NCBI GenBank assembly: GCA_963719315.1
Contig: CAVRBU010000002.1
Coordinates: 832,001-896,000, forward strand
Direction of reading: 5' to 3'
Source: an uncultured Planctomycetota bacterium
Lineage (GTDB): Bacteria > Planctomycetota > Planctomycetia > Pirellulales > Lacipirellulaceae
Length of the DNA stretch: 64,000 nt
The position numbers and the translations under genes are program-made. The first letter of the stretch is position 1, and each line of letters starts with the position of its first letter. Of this stretch, positions 1 through 10,310 are shown one piece after another. The notes beneath the pieces are model-generated. The model saw nothing but the letters and a program-made list of their open reading frames with translations, did not search any database and had not been told where the DNA came from.

Positions 1-165
1 TATCCGGCCGCTTAACGTAATCCTGCAACGCGGGCGACGCATCGGGTAGCACGGTTGGCGACTTGGCGTACGCCGATGAAGTCAAGGGACACACCAAAAG
101 AATTGCAGTCATGCCGATTATTTTTCCGGGCCGGGGCATAGCGAGCCAACCTTTCGCAAATTATG

Positions 166-1122
166 TCAACCTTCGTAAAGGGCCACGTGAATATCGCCGC
201 GCTTATCGACGGAGCCACGGTACATTCCTACCGCATGATACGGCATTGCCAGGTATCCGTCGCGATCAAGGGCGATGAGACCACCGATTCCGCCCAAATC
301 GCGAATATCATCCACGGCTTCTTGTGCGGCACCAGCAATGGTTTGATTATGATACAATATGCGGGCCGACACGGAATAGGCGGCCGTCGAACGGATGAAC
401 AGCTCGCCGTCGCCGGTGGCGGAGATTGCGCATGTGCGATTATCGGCGAACGTGCCGGCGCCGAGGACGCCGCTGTCTCCCACACGACCGGGGACTTTGA
501 ATGACACGCCACCGGTGGAAGTGGCTGCCGCCAGATTTCTGTGGCGATCGAGCGCGACCGCGCCGACCGTTCCTCGGCTGATCGGCATTGGGTTCGGCGA
601 CGAGTCATCGGAATTTCGCTTTTGCTGGCGTTCCTTCCACGCCTGAAAGTCTTTCCAACGACGATTCGTAACGAAGTAAGATGGATCGACCATCGCCAGA
701 CCGGCGCTTTCGGCAAATTGGTCCGCTTCGGGGCCAACAAGGAAGACGGCTGTCGACTGCGACATCACTTCGCGAGCAGCCAACACAGGATTGCGAATTC
801 GCTTGACGCTGGCCACCGCGCCTGCCCGGCGGTTCGTACCCTCCATGATCGCGGCATCCATTTCAATGCCGCCCGTTTGCGTGAATACGGAACCTCTCCC
901 GGCGTTGAAGTGGGGCGAATCCTCCATCACGAGGACGGCCGCGATGACGGCGTCGATGCTGGTTGCCGCGTCGGATTGCAGCATCTCGAAACCGGCGGCC
1001 AGCGACTCTATGAGAGCTTTTCGGATCTCGCACTCGCCCCGTTCAGTTAAGTTCTCGCGCGGGCCGGCCAAACCGCCGTGGATGGCAAGGACGATTCTTG
1101 AGGTGTGAATTTCGTTCAACAT
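166..1122 (-). CDS. iaaA: Isoaspartyl peptidase/L-asparaginase (Ntn hydrolase, plant-type asparaginase family)
   Basis: LAIHGG, EDSPHFNAGRGSV, MDAAIM, catalytic GTVGAVALD, TSTGG and GRVGDS motifs; start placed at ATG 1122 (MLNEIH). Confidence 0.9.
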   Translation of the reverse strand: MLNEIHTSRIVLAIHGGLAGPRENLTERGECEIRKALIESLAAGFEMLQSDAATSIDAVIAAVLVMEDSPHFNAGRGSVFTQTGGIEMDAAIMEGTNRRAGAVASVKRIRNPVLAAREVMSQSTAVFLVGPEADQFAESAGLAMVDPSYFVTNRRWKDFQAWKERQQKRNSDDSSPNPMPISRGTVGAVALDRHRNLAAATSTGGVSFKVPGRVGDSGVLGAGTFADNRTCAISATGDGELFIRSTAAYSVSARILYHNQTIAGAAQEAVDDIRDLGGIGGLIALDRDGYLAMPYHAVGMYRGSVDKRGDIHVALYEG

Positions 1123-1228
1123 GGCGAAACAACAAAATGCACACTGGGACGTCAGTTCGTCGTCGGCTTGCCGTGCCACATTGGTAGAATCACGAACGTG
1201 GACAATATCAAACGGGGAGGCGGCCGCG

Positions 1229-2074
1229 TCAATCTGTGGACTGCGATTTCTGCGCCGCAGCCTTTAACTTATCGAGTGCGGTCCGAGCTACTTTCAGCGG
1301 GTCCTGCTGCCAATACGTCGGATTGAACAGCTCGATCGAAAGATACCCGCCGTAATCGATTTCGCGCAGCGTGCAAAAGACACCGGCCAACGGCGCGACG
1401 CCGTCGCCGGGATAGACGCGGTCGCTGTCTTTGATTGCCGAGCGAGGCGGCGTGGCGGGATAATCGTTCATGTGGAACACATGCACGGCCGAGTTGTTCA
1501 GCAGCTTGAGACCAGTGAACTCAGAGCCGCCTTTATAGAGGTGGTACACATCCGGCAGCACGCAGGCCGGGTGGCCGCTTTCAATGGCCACCATCGCCGC
1601 CTGGCCCAGCCGCGTGAGCGTTTTCGAGAAGCCCCACACTTCGACTTGCGGCACGACGCCGATATGGTCGCCGATTGTCAGGAGCGCTCCGTAGCGCTCG
1701 GCGATTTTCAAATAATCCGTCGTTTCGACGTCCGTCGCGCCGGCGGGCGGCGCCGCAATCCGTTTGCCGCCGATTTGCTGGACGAGATCCATCTCGTGTC
1801 GAGCTTGTTCCAGCCCCTTGGTGCGACGTGGTTCATCATCCACGATCCATTCGGCAAAGCCGATGGCGCTTTCCACGGTCAATCCTCGATCGGCGATTCG
1901 CTTTTTCAAATCGGGCAACGAGCCGCCCCGTTCGACGTAGGCCTGCATCTCGCTGATCCAGGGCTCGATCGCCTGGTAGCCGGCGTCGGCGGCGATATCG
2001 ATTTCTTCGACGAGCGACAGTTTCTGCCCGCGGATCGTGCTGGTGTTCAAGGAGTAGTGGAAATTGGCCACCAT
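1229..2074 (-). CDS. Sugar phosphate isomerase/epimerase (xylose isomerase-like TIM barrel)
   Basis: SLNTSTIRG, AGYQAIEPW, PQVEVWG, DVYHLYKG, HVFHMND, DRVYPGDG and SIELFN metal-binding motifs. Confidence 0.85.
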   Translation of the reverse strand: MVANFHYSLNTSTIRGQKLSLVEEIDIAADAGYQAIEPWISEMQAYVERGGSLPDLKKRIADRGLTVESAIGFAEWIVDDEPRRTKGLEQARHEMDLVQQIGGKRIAAPPAGATDVETTDYLKIAERYGALLTIGDHIGVVPQVEVWGFSKTLTRLGQAAMVAIESGHPACVLPDVYHLYKGGSEFTGLKLLNNSAVHVFHMNDYPATPPRSAIKDSDRVYPGDGVAPLAGVFCTLREIDYGGYLSIELFNPTYWQQDPLKVARTALDKLKAAAQKSQSTD

Positions 2075-2145
2075 GCTCACTCCAACTGTGGCGTAGTCTA
2101 AATCAAGCAGCACGATGGCTGACCTGAAGCGGAACAACGACGAAC

Positions 2146-3003
2146 TCAACTCTGCGGATTAATCTCTTCGAAGCTGACTGTGCCGAGCGCGAAGTTCGGG
2201 ACCACGAACGGCGGCGCGTGATGGCTGCGCATCCAACCCACTGCAAGATCACGTTGGATCAAGTCGCTCATGCGAAAGCCGGCGATCGGCATATCGAGCG
2301 CGTCGAGGAGCACTTTGCGAACGTGGTTCTCGAACGGCTCACCCGCTAACCGTTCTACTACCAGGCCCGCCGCCGAAACGCCGGAATTGGAATACTTGGT
2401 GCGGGTTCCCGGCTTGTACACGAGCGTCGTGGAATTTAAGCTCGCAATCGTCGCGGCGAGCGAAGGGCTTGTGTCGTCGAAATAATGGCCGACGGGCGAC
2501 TCGCGCACGAGGCCGGCCTGATGCGACATCAGTCGCCGCAACGTGATTGGTACGCCGAATGGATTGTGTGGCGCGAAGTCGGGCAAGTACTTACGGATAT
2601 CGGCGTCCAGATCAAGCTTGCCCTCGGCGACGAGCTGCATCACGCACAGATCGGTGAATAACTTCGACACCGACCCGACGCGGTACACCGAGCTGGCTGT
2701 TGCGGGTTCTTTTCCATCGGCGCTGGCGGCGCCGAAGCCTTTGGCAAAGACGAGTTTGTCGCCGTCCACGATCGCGATCGACAGCGCTGGAATGCCCTTG
2801 TCCTTGAGTTCGTGCTTGACGAACTCATTAAGCCGGCGATCGATATCCCGGTAGCCATCCAGCACGATCGACGACTGCGTCGCGGCGTTCGAGGATTTTT
2901 CATCGTTAGCATTTGCGGCGAACACCTGGCTCGAACACGCAGCGACTTGCAATTGCACAGCGCACAGTAGTACAAGGAAATTGCCACGAACACGCACACT
3001 CAT
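2146..3003 (-). pseudogene. Serine hydrolase (class C beta-lactamase family), C-terminally truncated
   Basis: Signal peptide, SxxK (GSVSKLFT), LMSHQAG and YSN motifs; homology stops after FALGT and no continuation or HxG motif is visible in the other frames. Confidence 0.65.
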
Positions 3004-3028
3004 GAAGCCTCCCAACGGCCTGCTTCGG

Positions 3029-5920
3029 TTACTTGCTGTCCGAGCTCGTTTCAAACTCGGGGAAGAGATCATTCTTGGGCCATGATTCGACGTTGTCGAG
3101 TGCCTTCGAGAAGTCGGTCAAAATCGCCTTGCCGAAATGCTTCGCGCTGGGACTCGAACGGCCGTTGAACAAAATGGCAAATGTGCGACCATCATGCCTC
3201 CGCATGATCAGCGTGGCCGTGCCTGGCAGTGAACCCATGTGCCAATTGTCGATTGCATCGCTGGCGGTCGAGGGCCCGTTCATCCAGCCGAGCGAGTAGT
3301 ACTGCCGCGGATCGTCGGCGGACAGGCCATATTTCTTGAGCCCCTCCGGCGGCGCGAACATCTGCTTGATCGATGCTTCTTTTAGAATCTTGCAAATTTT
3401 GGGATCGTCGAACGCGCTAGCGAATCGTACTAGATCAACGGCCGAAAAGATCCACGCGCCGTGCGAATCCATGGATTCGAGATTCCATCCGCCGTAGGCC
3501 GATGGGATCAGCTTGCCGCGGTCCTCGGCAAAAACACTCGGTTCCATATCGGGCGAATAGTAGCGGACCTCTTCGGCCGGCGTTTCGGGGCCGAGCTTCG
3601 TGTGGCCGATTCGGGCGGCGTGAATGCCAAGCGGCGCGAGCACGTGTTCCTTCACGTAGGTTTCGTAATCATGCTTCGTGATTTTCTCGATGATGCGGCC
3701 CAATAAGTTGTAGCCGAAATTCGAGTACGCGTACCGCTCGCCCGGGTTGAAATCGAGCGGAACGCCGAGCATGCAGCGAATCACGTCCTCCTTCTGAGCG
3801 GGCGGCGGGATCTTTAGCTCCCGGGCGAAGCGCACCGACTGGAACATACCGTCGAACGAAACGTCCCGATCCCAGCCGCCGCGGTGTTGCAGGCATTGCT
3901 GCACCGTGATGTCGTGCCAACGCTCATCAACTTTGCCGTCCTTCTCCAGGTGTGGCTCGTACTTCAAAATATCCAGCACGCAATCGTCGAGCTTGAGCTT
4001 GCCCTGCTCCACGAGTTGCACGATGGCTACGGCCGTGATCGGCTTCGAGATGCTGGCGATGCGAAACATGCTGGTCGGCTCGACCTGCTTTTTTGCGGCG
4101 ATATCGGCGTAACCATACCCGCGGGCGAGCACGAGCCGGCCGTGATCTGTGACGGCCACGCCCGCTCCCGGAGCTCGGTTTCGTTCGATGAACGAACGAA
4201 TCATTTCATCGAGTTTTTTGAAACTGCCCTCCAGTTTGCCGGTCGTGACGATGTACGGCGCCTGATCGCGCCGGTAGCCCGGCCCGCGGAGCACGCGGCC
4301 AGGACGGGCACCGGTAGATTTGCCGTCGTCGACGACCAGCACGCCGTTCACGAATACTTTTTTCATGCCGACCGAAGGTGCGTGCGGATCTTCAAACGTG
4401 GCGCGATCGCCGATTTCGTTCGGATCGAAAACAACAATGTCGGCCGCCGAACCGACGGCAATTCGGCCGCGGTCGTAGGCGAAAACGGCGTTGGCCGCGG
4501 CAGCACTGGCCTGGGCGACCGCCCGCTCCAGCGAAATCACGCCCAACTCGCGAACGTAACGGCGCAGGATGCGCGGGAATGCGCCATAAGCGCGCGGATG
4601 GGTCGCGATATTCGAACCGCCGGCCGGACCGACGTCGGTGCAAAAGCTGATGAAGTCCTGTTGAAGGGCGAGGATTTTGTTCGCTTCCGTCATGCTTTCC
4701 GGAAGTGCGAACGCCCGCGCCTTGATAAGTTCGAAGAACGCATCCCAGAGATCTTGGTCGAGTGCTTTTGCAATTTCGCCGACGCTTTTGCCACCCAGCT
4801 TTTCGTACTTCTCGCCTTCCGCCTGCCCGATGACGACTTTGCCCCAGTCGTTGCCTACGTGCCGATACCAATTCTCCCAGCCGGAGGTCGTCTCCATTTC
4901 TTTGTGAATTTCGGCCCGGTACTTCTCATCCTTGATGCGCTCGATGAACCGTGCGCGGCCGTTCGTAAAATGCCGCGGGTTAACGAACGATTCCATCGAC
5001 AAACCGTTATTGATGTAGGGATAAATATCGGCTGTGACTTGCTGGCCTTCGGCGCGGGCCGCTTTGATTCGAGCGATGGCGAGCGGCATCTTGCCCCAAT
5101 TCTGCTGGCCGGCCGCCTTCAGATGATAGATATGAACGGAGGTCTTCGCCTTACGGCCGATGAGGAGCGCTTCGTCGATCGCTTCCAGCAACAGGTCGCC
5201 TTCGTTCCGCATGTGCGAGTAGTAGCCGCCGCCGTATTCGCCCGCCACTTCCGCCAGTGACGCGATTTCATCCGTGGAAGCATACACGGCAGGCGGATAG
5301 ATCAAAGCGGTCGAGACGCCGATCGCGCCGGCTTCCATCGCCTCGCGCACCATGTCGCGCATTTGCTGCAGCTCCTTGTCGTTCGGGCGGCGGTCGGTGT
5401 CGCCCAACACAATTTGCCGAATTTGCGTGTGGCCGACGGTCTGCACGACGTTCATCGGCAGCCCCTGCAATTCGAGCAACTCGAAGTACTCGGCCATCGT
5501 CTTCCAACCCTGGCTCTGTGCAGCATCCGCGTCCAGCGGCGCGGCGGAGACGCCTTCGCCAGCGTTGATCGTGGTGATGCCTTGCGTCAGCAGATTCATC
5601 GCCGCTAGTGGATCGCGCAGCGTCGGCGTCGCGGTCTGGCCCATCATGTCGATGAAGCCCGGCGCGACGACGAGCCCGGCGGCATCGACTTTTCGTCGCG
5701 CGTCGCTGTCCTCGAGGCGGCCGATCGCGGCGATCTTGCCGTCCTTGATGCCCACGTCGGCGATGTATGATGAAGTGCCGGTGCCGTCCACGACGCGGCC
5801 GCCTTTGATCAAAACGTCATATTTATGCTCGGCGGCGACAGCAGAAAGCGTTGGGCCGTTCAAGATAGATGCAATAACGATAACACGGGCGATTAGAGAC
5901 AAACGGAGCGCGAACTTCAT
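3029..5920 (-). CDS. Secreted N-acyl-D-amino-acid deacylase fused to a class C beta-lactamase-type serine hydrolase
   Basis: N-terminal amidohydrolase (VAPGFID, GITT, SHMRNEG, HPRAYGAFPR, ADIVVFD); C-terminal ASISKP, YSNFGY and HMGSLPG. Confidence 0.85.
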   Translation of the reverse strand: MKFALRLSLIARVIVIASILNGPTLSAVAAEHKYDVLIKGGRVVDGTGTSSYIADVGIKDGKIAAIGRLEDSDARRKVDAAGLVVAPGFIDMMGQTATPTLRDPLAAMNLLTQGITTINAGEGVSAAPLDADAAQSQGWKTMAEYFELLELQGLPMNVVQTVGHTQIRQIVLGDTDRRPNDKELQQMRDMVREAMEAGAIGVSTALIYPPAVYASTDEIASLAEVAGEYGGGYYSHMRNEGDLLLEAIDEALLIGRKAKTSVHIYHLKAAGQQNWGKMPLAIARIKAARAEGQQVTADIYPYINNGLSMESFVNPRHFTNGRARFIERIKDEKYRAEIHKEMETTSGWENWYRHVGNDWGKVVIGQAEGEKYEKLGGKSVGEIAKALDQDLWDAFFELIKARAFALPESMTEANKILALQQDFISFCTDVGPAGGSNIATHPRAYGAFPRILRRYVRELGVISLERAVAQASAAAANAVFAYDRGRIAVGSAADIVVFDPNEIGDRATFEDPHAPSVGMKKVFVNGVLVVDDGKSTGARPGRVLRGPGYRRDQAPYIVTTGKLEGSFKKLDEMIRSFIERNRAPGAGVAVTDHGRLVLARGYGYADIAAKKQVEPTSMFRIASISKPITAVAIVQLVEQGKLKLDDCVLDILKYEPHLEKDGKVDERWHDITVQQCLQHRGGWDRDVSFDGMFQSVRFARELKIPPPAQKEDVIRCMLGVPLDFNPGERYAYSNFGYNLLGRIIEKITKHDYETYVKEHVLAPLGIHAARIGHTKLGPETPAEEVRYYSPDMEPSVFAEDRGKLIPSAYGGWNLESMDSHGAWIFSAVDLVRFASAFDDPKICKILKEASIKQMFAPPEGLKKYGLSADDPRQYYSLGWMNGPSTASDAIDNWHMGSLPGTATLIMRRHDGRTFAILFNGRSSPSAKHFGKAILTDFSKALDNVESWPKNDLFPEFETSSDSK

Positions 5921-6013
5921 AGATGCACCTTTCTCACTGATGGTCGGCGCGAAGAACGGTGACTGCCGCATTTCGGACGGGACGGCGCGACTAGTGGTCT
6001 ATCCACATTCAAT

Positions 6014-6107
6014 TGATGGGTGGCATGCCTTCGCCGCAGCGGCGTAGGCATGATTTCGCCCCGAACCATGCTCACCCGCCGCGGCGGCGAAGGCATGCCA
6101 CCCATCA
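6014..6107. repeat. REP/REPIN-like inverted-repeat element, family A
   Basis: tgatgggtggcatgccttcgccgc ... gcggcgaaggcatgccacccatca perfect inverted arms; related copies at 57577-57660 and 62739-62765. Confidence 0.85.
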
Positions 6108-6109
6108 TT

Positions 6110-8266
6110 TCAATTACGACAGAGCACAAGACCAATGTAAATCAAGCCGGCCACAATTGCGAGCAACAGACTGGCGGGCTCCGGCACAGCCGTAGCCGCG
6201 GCCGACGAGCCCAAGCTCAGAGCGTTGCCGAAATTACTGCGCCACACAGCGTAATCGGCCGACGTGACGCTGCCGGGCGTCGTATCGTTGGGCAGCGTCG
6301 CGCTCGGGCTGGCATTGCGCCAGACGACGTAATCGGCCGCGTCGACGACGCCGTCGTTATTGTAGTCGCCGGCCAGCGTGGTTGCCGCGAGATAATGCTC
6401 GAGAATCTCCGAGGCCAAAAGAACGCGGTCGTAGAGGGCCACCTCGTCGATGAGGCCGCCTAAGTGGTTGGCCGCCGACGAATCGAACTGCAGTCCCATC
6501 CACAGGTCCGACGTCGAAGAGAAAATCTGATTCGGAACGCCTGTGGTCAATTGTTGCAGAAGCGCACCATTGAGATACAACTTCATCGCCACGCCGGGTT
6601 GAAAAGTTCCCACGACATGCAGCCATTGGTTGAGCGGCAGCGGGTTCGGATCAGCCAGATTCGTGGCGGTGGTGAACGTGCCGTCGGGGGAGAGCACCAT
6701 CGCCAGGCCGCCGTTCGCGGAACCTTGCGCATTCACGTACAACAAGAATGAGCGCTGATTGCCGGCGCCAACATACTTGCCGAGGATGCCGCCGTTACCG
6801 CTGGGAATCGCATCGAGCTTGATCCAGGCTTCCATCGAAATGGCGCCGGTAAGATCGAGGTCGGCCGAGTCCGGAACCGTGACGTAACTATCCGTGCCGT
6901 TCAGATGTGCCGCGCGATTGTCGGCGGCAAGACCTTCGTAGCCATTGGATGGCCGCAGACCAGGCTGCGCCAAATTGCCCGGTCCGGAGCCAGCGCCTAA
7001 ACCAACGTACGTCCCGCGGAGCGCGGTCTTGCCGGTTTCTTCGGAAGCGGTGAAGCCGCCGGTCTGACCAAGCCGCCAATAACCGACGGGAGAATCACCT
7101 AGGACATCTTGTGAGTAGATCGAGGACTTATCTCCGCCAATCGGATCGGGATTTGAGGCGAATGTCTCAACGGCCGCGGTTTGATAGAGTTTTTGGTCGG
7201 TGAAAATGTCGGTCCAATGCGCGCCCGTGCTATCCGGAAACTGCGTGGGCGACAATTGATTGAGCAGCCCGAAGGCGCCCACCTTGGAAAGAACCTCGTG
7301 CAGCGTGGGGTTGCCGGCCAAGAAGCTGTTGATGTTTCCGTTGAGCCATTGACCGAACGTCGTAACCGCCGTATCAATTTCCGCCGTGCGATACGTGGGC
7401 GATAGCGAGCGCATATACTTCAACCCATACAGCGCATCGAGGTCCATGTAGCCGCTGTTATTCCCGCCGAACCGCCCTCCTGCGACCTGCATACTGAGGA
7501 TGCGGTCGATCACTCTTTCCGGCGCCGGAAAGGCGTGACCCAATTGCTCGTAGATCGGCCAGATATGTGCTCCTCCTCCCAAACCGTTAATCTCGTTTGC
7601 CGGCTGCTCGCCGGTAATCCACCAGCCGGTGCTCGTATCGACATGGCTATCGAGCCAATTGAAGACCTCGTTCGTCCACTGGGGAGTCGCCGCACTGCTC
7701 TGGCTATACATGTGGAGACCACCCCAGAACAGATGCGACGCCCCCCATTGGTTTGTCCAATCGATGTTGTTGGCCAGGTAGGATGGCACTTCGGACGGCT
7801 CGTTGAACGGCGCATACAATGGCGTGGCAGGATAAAGCTGCTTCCCGCCCAGCGGCCCGAGCGCGCCAATCGTCATGCCATTGGCGTGCAACTGGCTGTG
7901 CCCGAACGTGTCGCTGTAGGTGCCGTCGGGCCGCGCATAAGTGTGGAGGTAGTCGACCCACTCGGTGCGCTGCTGCTGGGTGAGCGAGGTCTGAAAATCT
8001 TCGCCCATGATCGTGCGCGAGAGGGCCACGTCGAGCGAAGCGTAATAGCTTAACCCCGTCGATGTGGACTGCATTTTGTACTCGCCGTACGGCTGAGTCG
8101 TAAGCCGGCGAGATTCGAAGTGATTCAGGAAAAGGGGCCGGATCGTGGCCAGATCGACAATTTGCGCCTGCGCAATCGACGCGCCGGCGATGCACCGGCC
8201 GAGCGCGAGCAGCGCGGCCACGAACCCGCCCTGACGAGGGTGAGAAATCAATATACCTCTCCTCAC
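6110..8266 (-). CDS. PEP-CTERM exported protein: putative alpha/alpha-toroid domain + LamG domain + dockerin-like repeat
   Basis: Signal peptide; LamG motifs PVGYWRL, ISMEAWIK, WLHVVGT, IDEVALY; GDYNNDGVVDAADYVVWR; VPEP + TM tail. Confidence 0.8.
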   Translation of the reverse strand: MRRGILISHPRQGGFVAALLALGRCIAGASIAQAQIVDLATIRPLFLNHFESRRLTTQPYGEYKMQSTSTGLSYYASLDVALSRTIMGEDFQTSLTQQQRTEWVDYLHTYARPDGTYSDTFGHSQLHANGMTIGALGPLGGKQLYPATPLYAPFNEPSEVPSYLANNIDWTNQWGASHLFWGGLHMYSQSSAATPQWTNEVFNWLDSHVDTSTGWWITGEQPANEINGLGGGAHIWPIYEQLGHAFPAPERVIDRILSMQVAGGRFGGNNSGYMDLDALYGLKYMRSLSPTYRTAEIDTAVTTFGQWLNGNINSFLAGNPTLHEVLSKVGAFGLLNQLSPTQFPDSTGAHWTDIFTDQKLYQTAAVETFASNPDPIGGDKSSIYSQDVLGDSPVGYWRLGQTGGFTASEETGKTALRGTYVGLGAGSGPGNLAQPGLRPSNGYEGLAADNRAAHLNGTDSYVTVPDSADLDLTGAISMEAWIKLDAIPSGNGGILGKYVGAGNQRSFLLYVNAQGSANGGLAMVLSPDGTFTTATNLADPNPLPLNQWLHVVGTFQPGVAMKLYLNGALLQQLTTGVPNQIFSSTSDLWMGLQFDSSAANHLGGLIDEVALYDRVLLASEILEHYLAATTLAGDYNNDGVVDAADYVVWRNASPSATLPNDTTPGSVTSADYAVWRSNFGNALSLGSSAAATAVPEPASLLLAIVAGLIYIGLVLCRN

Positions 8267-8308
8267 AAGTTTCGCCGGCCTGCCCCGGAACCAGAAACCA
8301 ATTCCTGT

Positions 8309-10238
8309 TCACCGACGAATCCTGCGTCGCATTCCGATTAACATGGGGCAGGCGGCCAAGATGAGCACAAGCGAGACGGGCTCCGGCACAGCCGCGCCCA
8401 ACACAGCGCCCGAGCCTGCACCGCTCGACGCTCCAAAGTTCGATCGCCAGGCGTTGTAATCGCTTTGCGTGTACGTAGTGCCGAGCCCCTTGCGCCACGT
8501 CACATAATCGGCGGCATCGACTTTGCCGTCGATATTGAAGTCGCCGCTGAGGCCGGCGGTTAGCACCAGGCTGTTGCCCACGACGCTCATGCTCATCGCG
8601 CTGGCCAGTGGTCCCGAGAGCGAGATTCCACTGTTGATCAGGTTTCCGGCCGTTAAGATCGTGAACGAGTCGCCACTCGTCAGCGTGAATCCGTTGACGA
8701 GCACGGGGCTGACAAATCCGGCGAGCGTTGCGGTGCCACCAACATTGAATGCGCTAAATTCGTTCGTATTCTTGCCCCCGAGTTCAACAGCCAACGTGCC
8801 TGTGTTCGTGAGATTGCCGCCCAACGAAGTTGCCCCGGCGGTACCGAGTACGGCCCCCGATCCATTGACGATCTGCCCTCCCGTTCCGGGGATTACGCTA
8901 TGGTTGATGTTGACGGCGCCCGTTTGGAGATTGAGTGTCTTTCCGCCCAAGTTGAGTACGTTGTTGAACGAGAGACTGTTACCGGCGCCGGCCGCAACAT
9001 CTATATCCGTGTTGCTGCCGAGTGTAACGGGAGTTTGAAATTCCTGGGCACCGCGGACGACTTGGATCGAGGCGTTGCCGGAATTGGAAGAAAGCGTGAT
9101 CGTTCCGACGCCGGCAATCGCATACTTATTGTTGTTATCGAAGCGAATCGATTTTGCGGTAATCGCGGACTCGGTGTAAACGACCTTCGCGGCCGTGATA
9201 GCGGTGCCGAAATTGATCGAGACGGTGTTCCCGGTCGGGACCGCGCTAGGCGACCAATTAGCCGCGTTGTGCCAACTTCCCGATCCGTTGGGCACCCAAT
9301 CGTAAGACGCGGGCGTATCATTGGTGGCGGCGGCAAAATGCGCGGCGATGTCGGTCGCGGTTAGTGGTTTGTCGTAGACGGCGACTTCGTCGATGCTGCC
9401 TTCGAAGGTTGTGCTCGGATCATCGCTGAACTGTTGGCCGATCCAGAACGGGATCGAACTGTCCCAGAGGAAGTCGGGTACATTCGTTGTGCCCGTCGCT
9501 TCGGCCACTAACTGGCCATTGACGTACAGCGCCGTCCGGCCAGATGTTGGCATTCCGGAAACGCTTGGCTCATACGTGGCGGCGAGGTGGACCCACTGGT
9601 CCAAGGGAATATCGGTAGGCGATTTTAGATCGAAATTGGCGTTAAACCCACCCGTTAACGGATTCCCCAAAACAAAGCCGACTCGACCGCCCGTTCTGGG
9701 ATCGTAGTAGAGGTCGTAGGAACGGTTGTTACCGAAAGTTGAACCTGCGTACTTGCCGACGATACCTTCGTTGTTGCCCGCGTTTGTTTGTGGATCGCGT
9801 CGGACCCAGGCCTCAAGTGTCAGGCCCGTGCTGGGCGAGAGACCGGTGATGTCCAACGCATTGCCTTCGACCTCATCGACCTGCGCGAGGGAATAAGTCC
9901 ATATTGGCCGCTGCGGCGGGCGCCAATCGAATCGCCAGGTTATTGGCTTCCAGACCATCGATCGTGAAGCCGCCGGCAATGTCGCCAAGTTTCGGGCCAG
10001 CCTGACCGATGTTGTTGGTCCCGATGCCGGTGCCGAGGTTGTGAAACGTGGCGTCGATCGAGGCGCCAGCAGTACCGATGTTTGTGGCCGTTGGGAGCGC
10101 GGTTTCATCGAGGCGCCAGTAGGCCACGGGAGTGTTGGCGAGTACGGCGTCGCTGTATTGACTGGCCTCGACGACCGACGCCGCTAGCGCGACGAACGAG
10201 AAAAGCCATCCTGCGACGAATCTTCGTGAGATCATCAT
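8309..10238 (-). CDS. PEP-CTERM LamG-domain protein with autotransporter-like beta-rich region (frameshift near 9885)
   Basis: ORF 9873-10271 gives the signal peptide and PVAYWRLDET; ORF 8309-10108 continues LTLEAWV...IDEVAVY, GDFNIDGKVDAADY and VPEP; the join matches the paralog motif FPRxxV. Confidence 0.75.
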
Positions 10239-10310
10239 TTGCTCCGTGTGCGGCACAGCCGCAATAGCCAAGTGAATAGCCCCGAATGTAAGAAGATCCT
10301 CAACCCGTTG

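Noticed and set aside
2146..5920. Antibiotic-resistance beta-lactamases
   Set aside because: SxxK hydrolases of this family are mostly peptidases or esterases; one is truncated and the other is fused to a deacylase
6014..6107. CRISPR array or tRNA
   Set aside because: A single inverted-repeat unit with dispersed copies; no repeat-spacer periodicity, cas genes or cloverleaf
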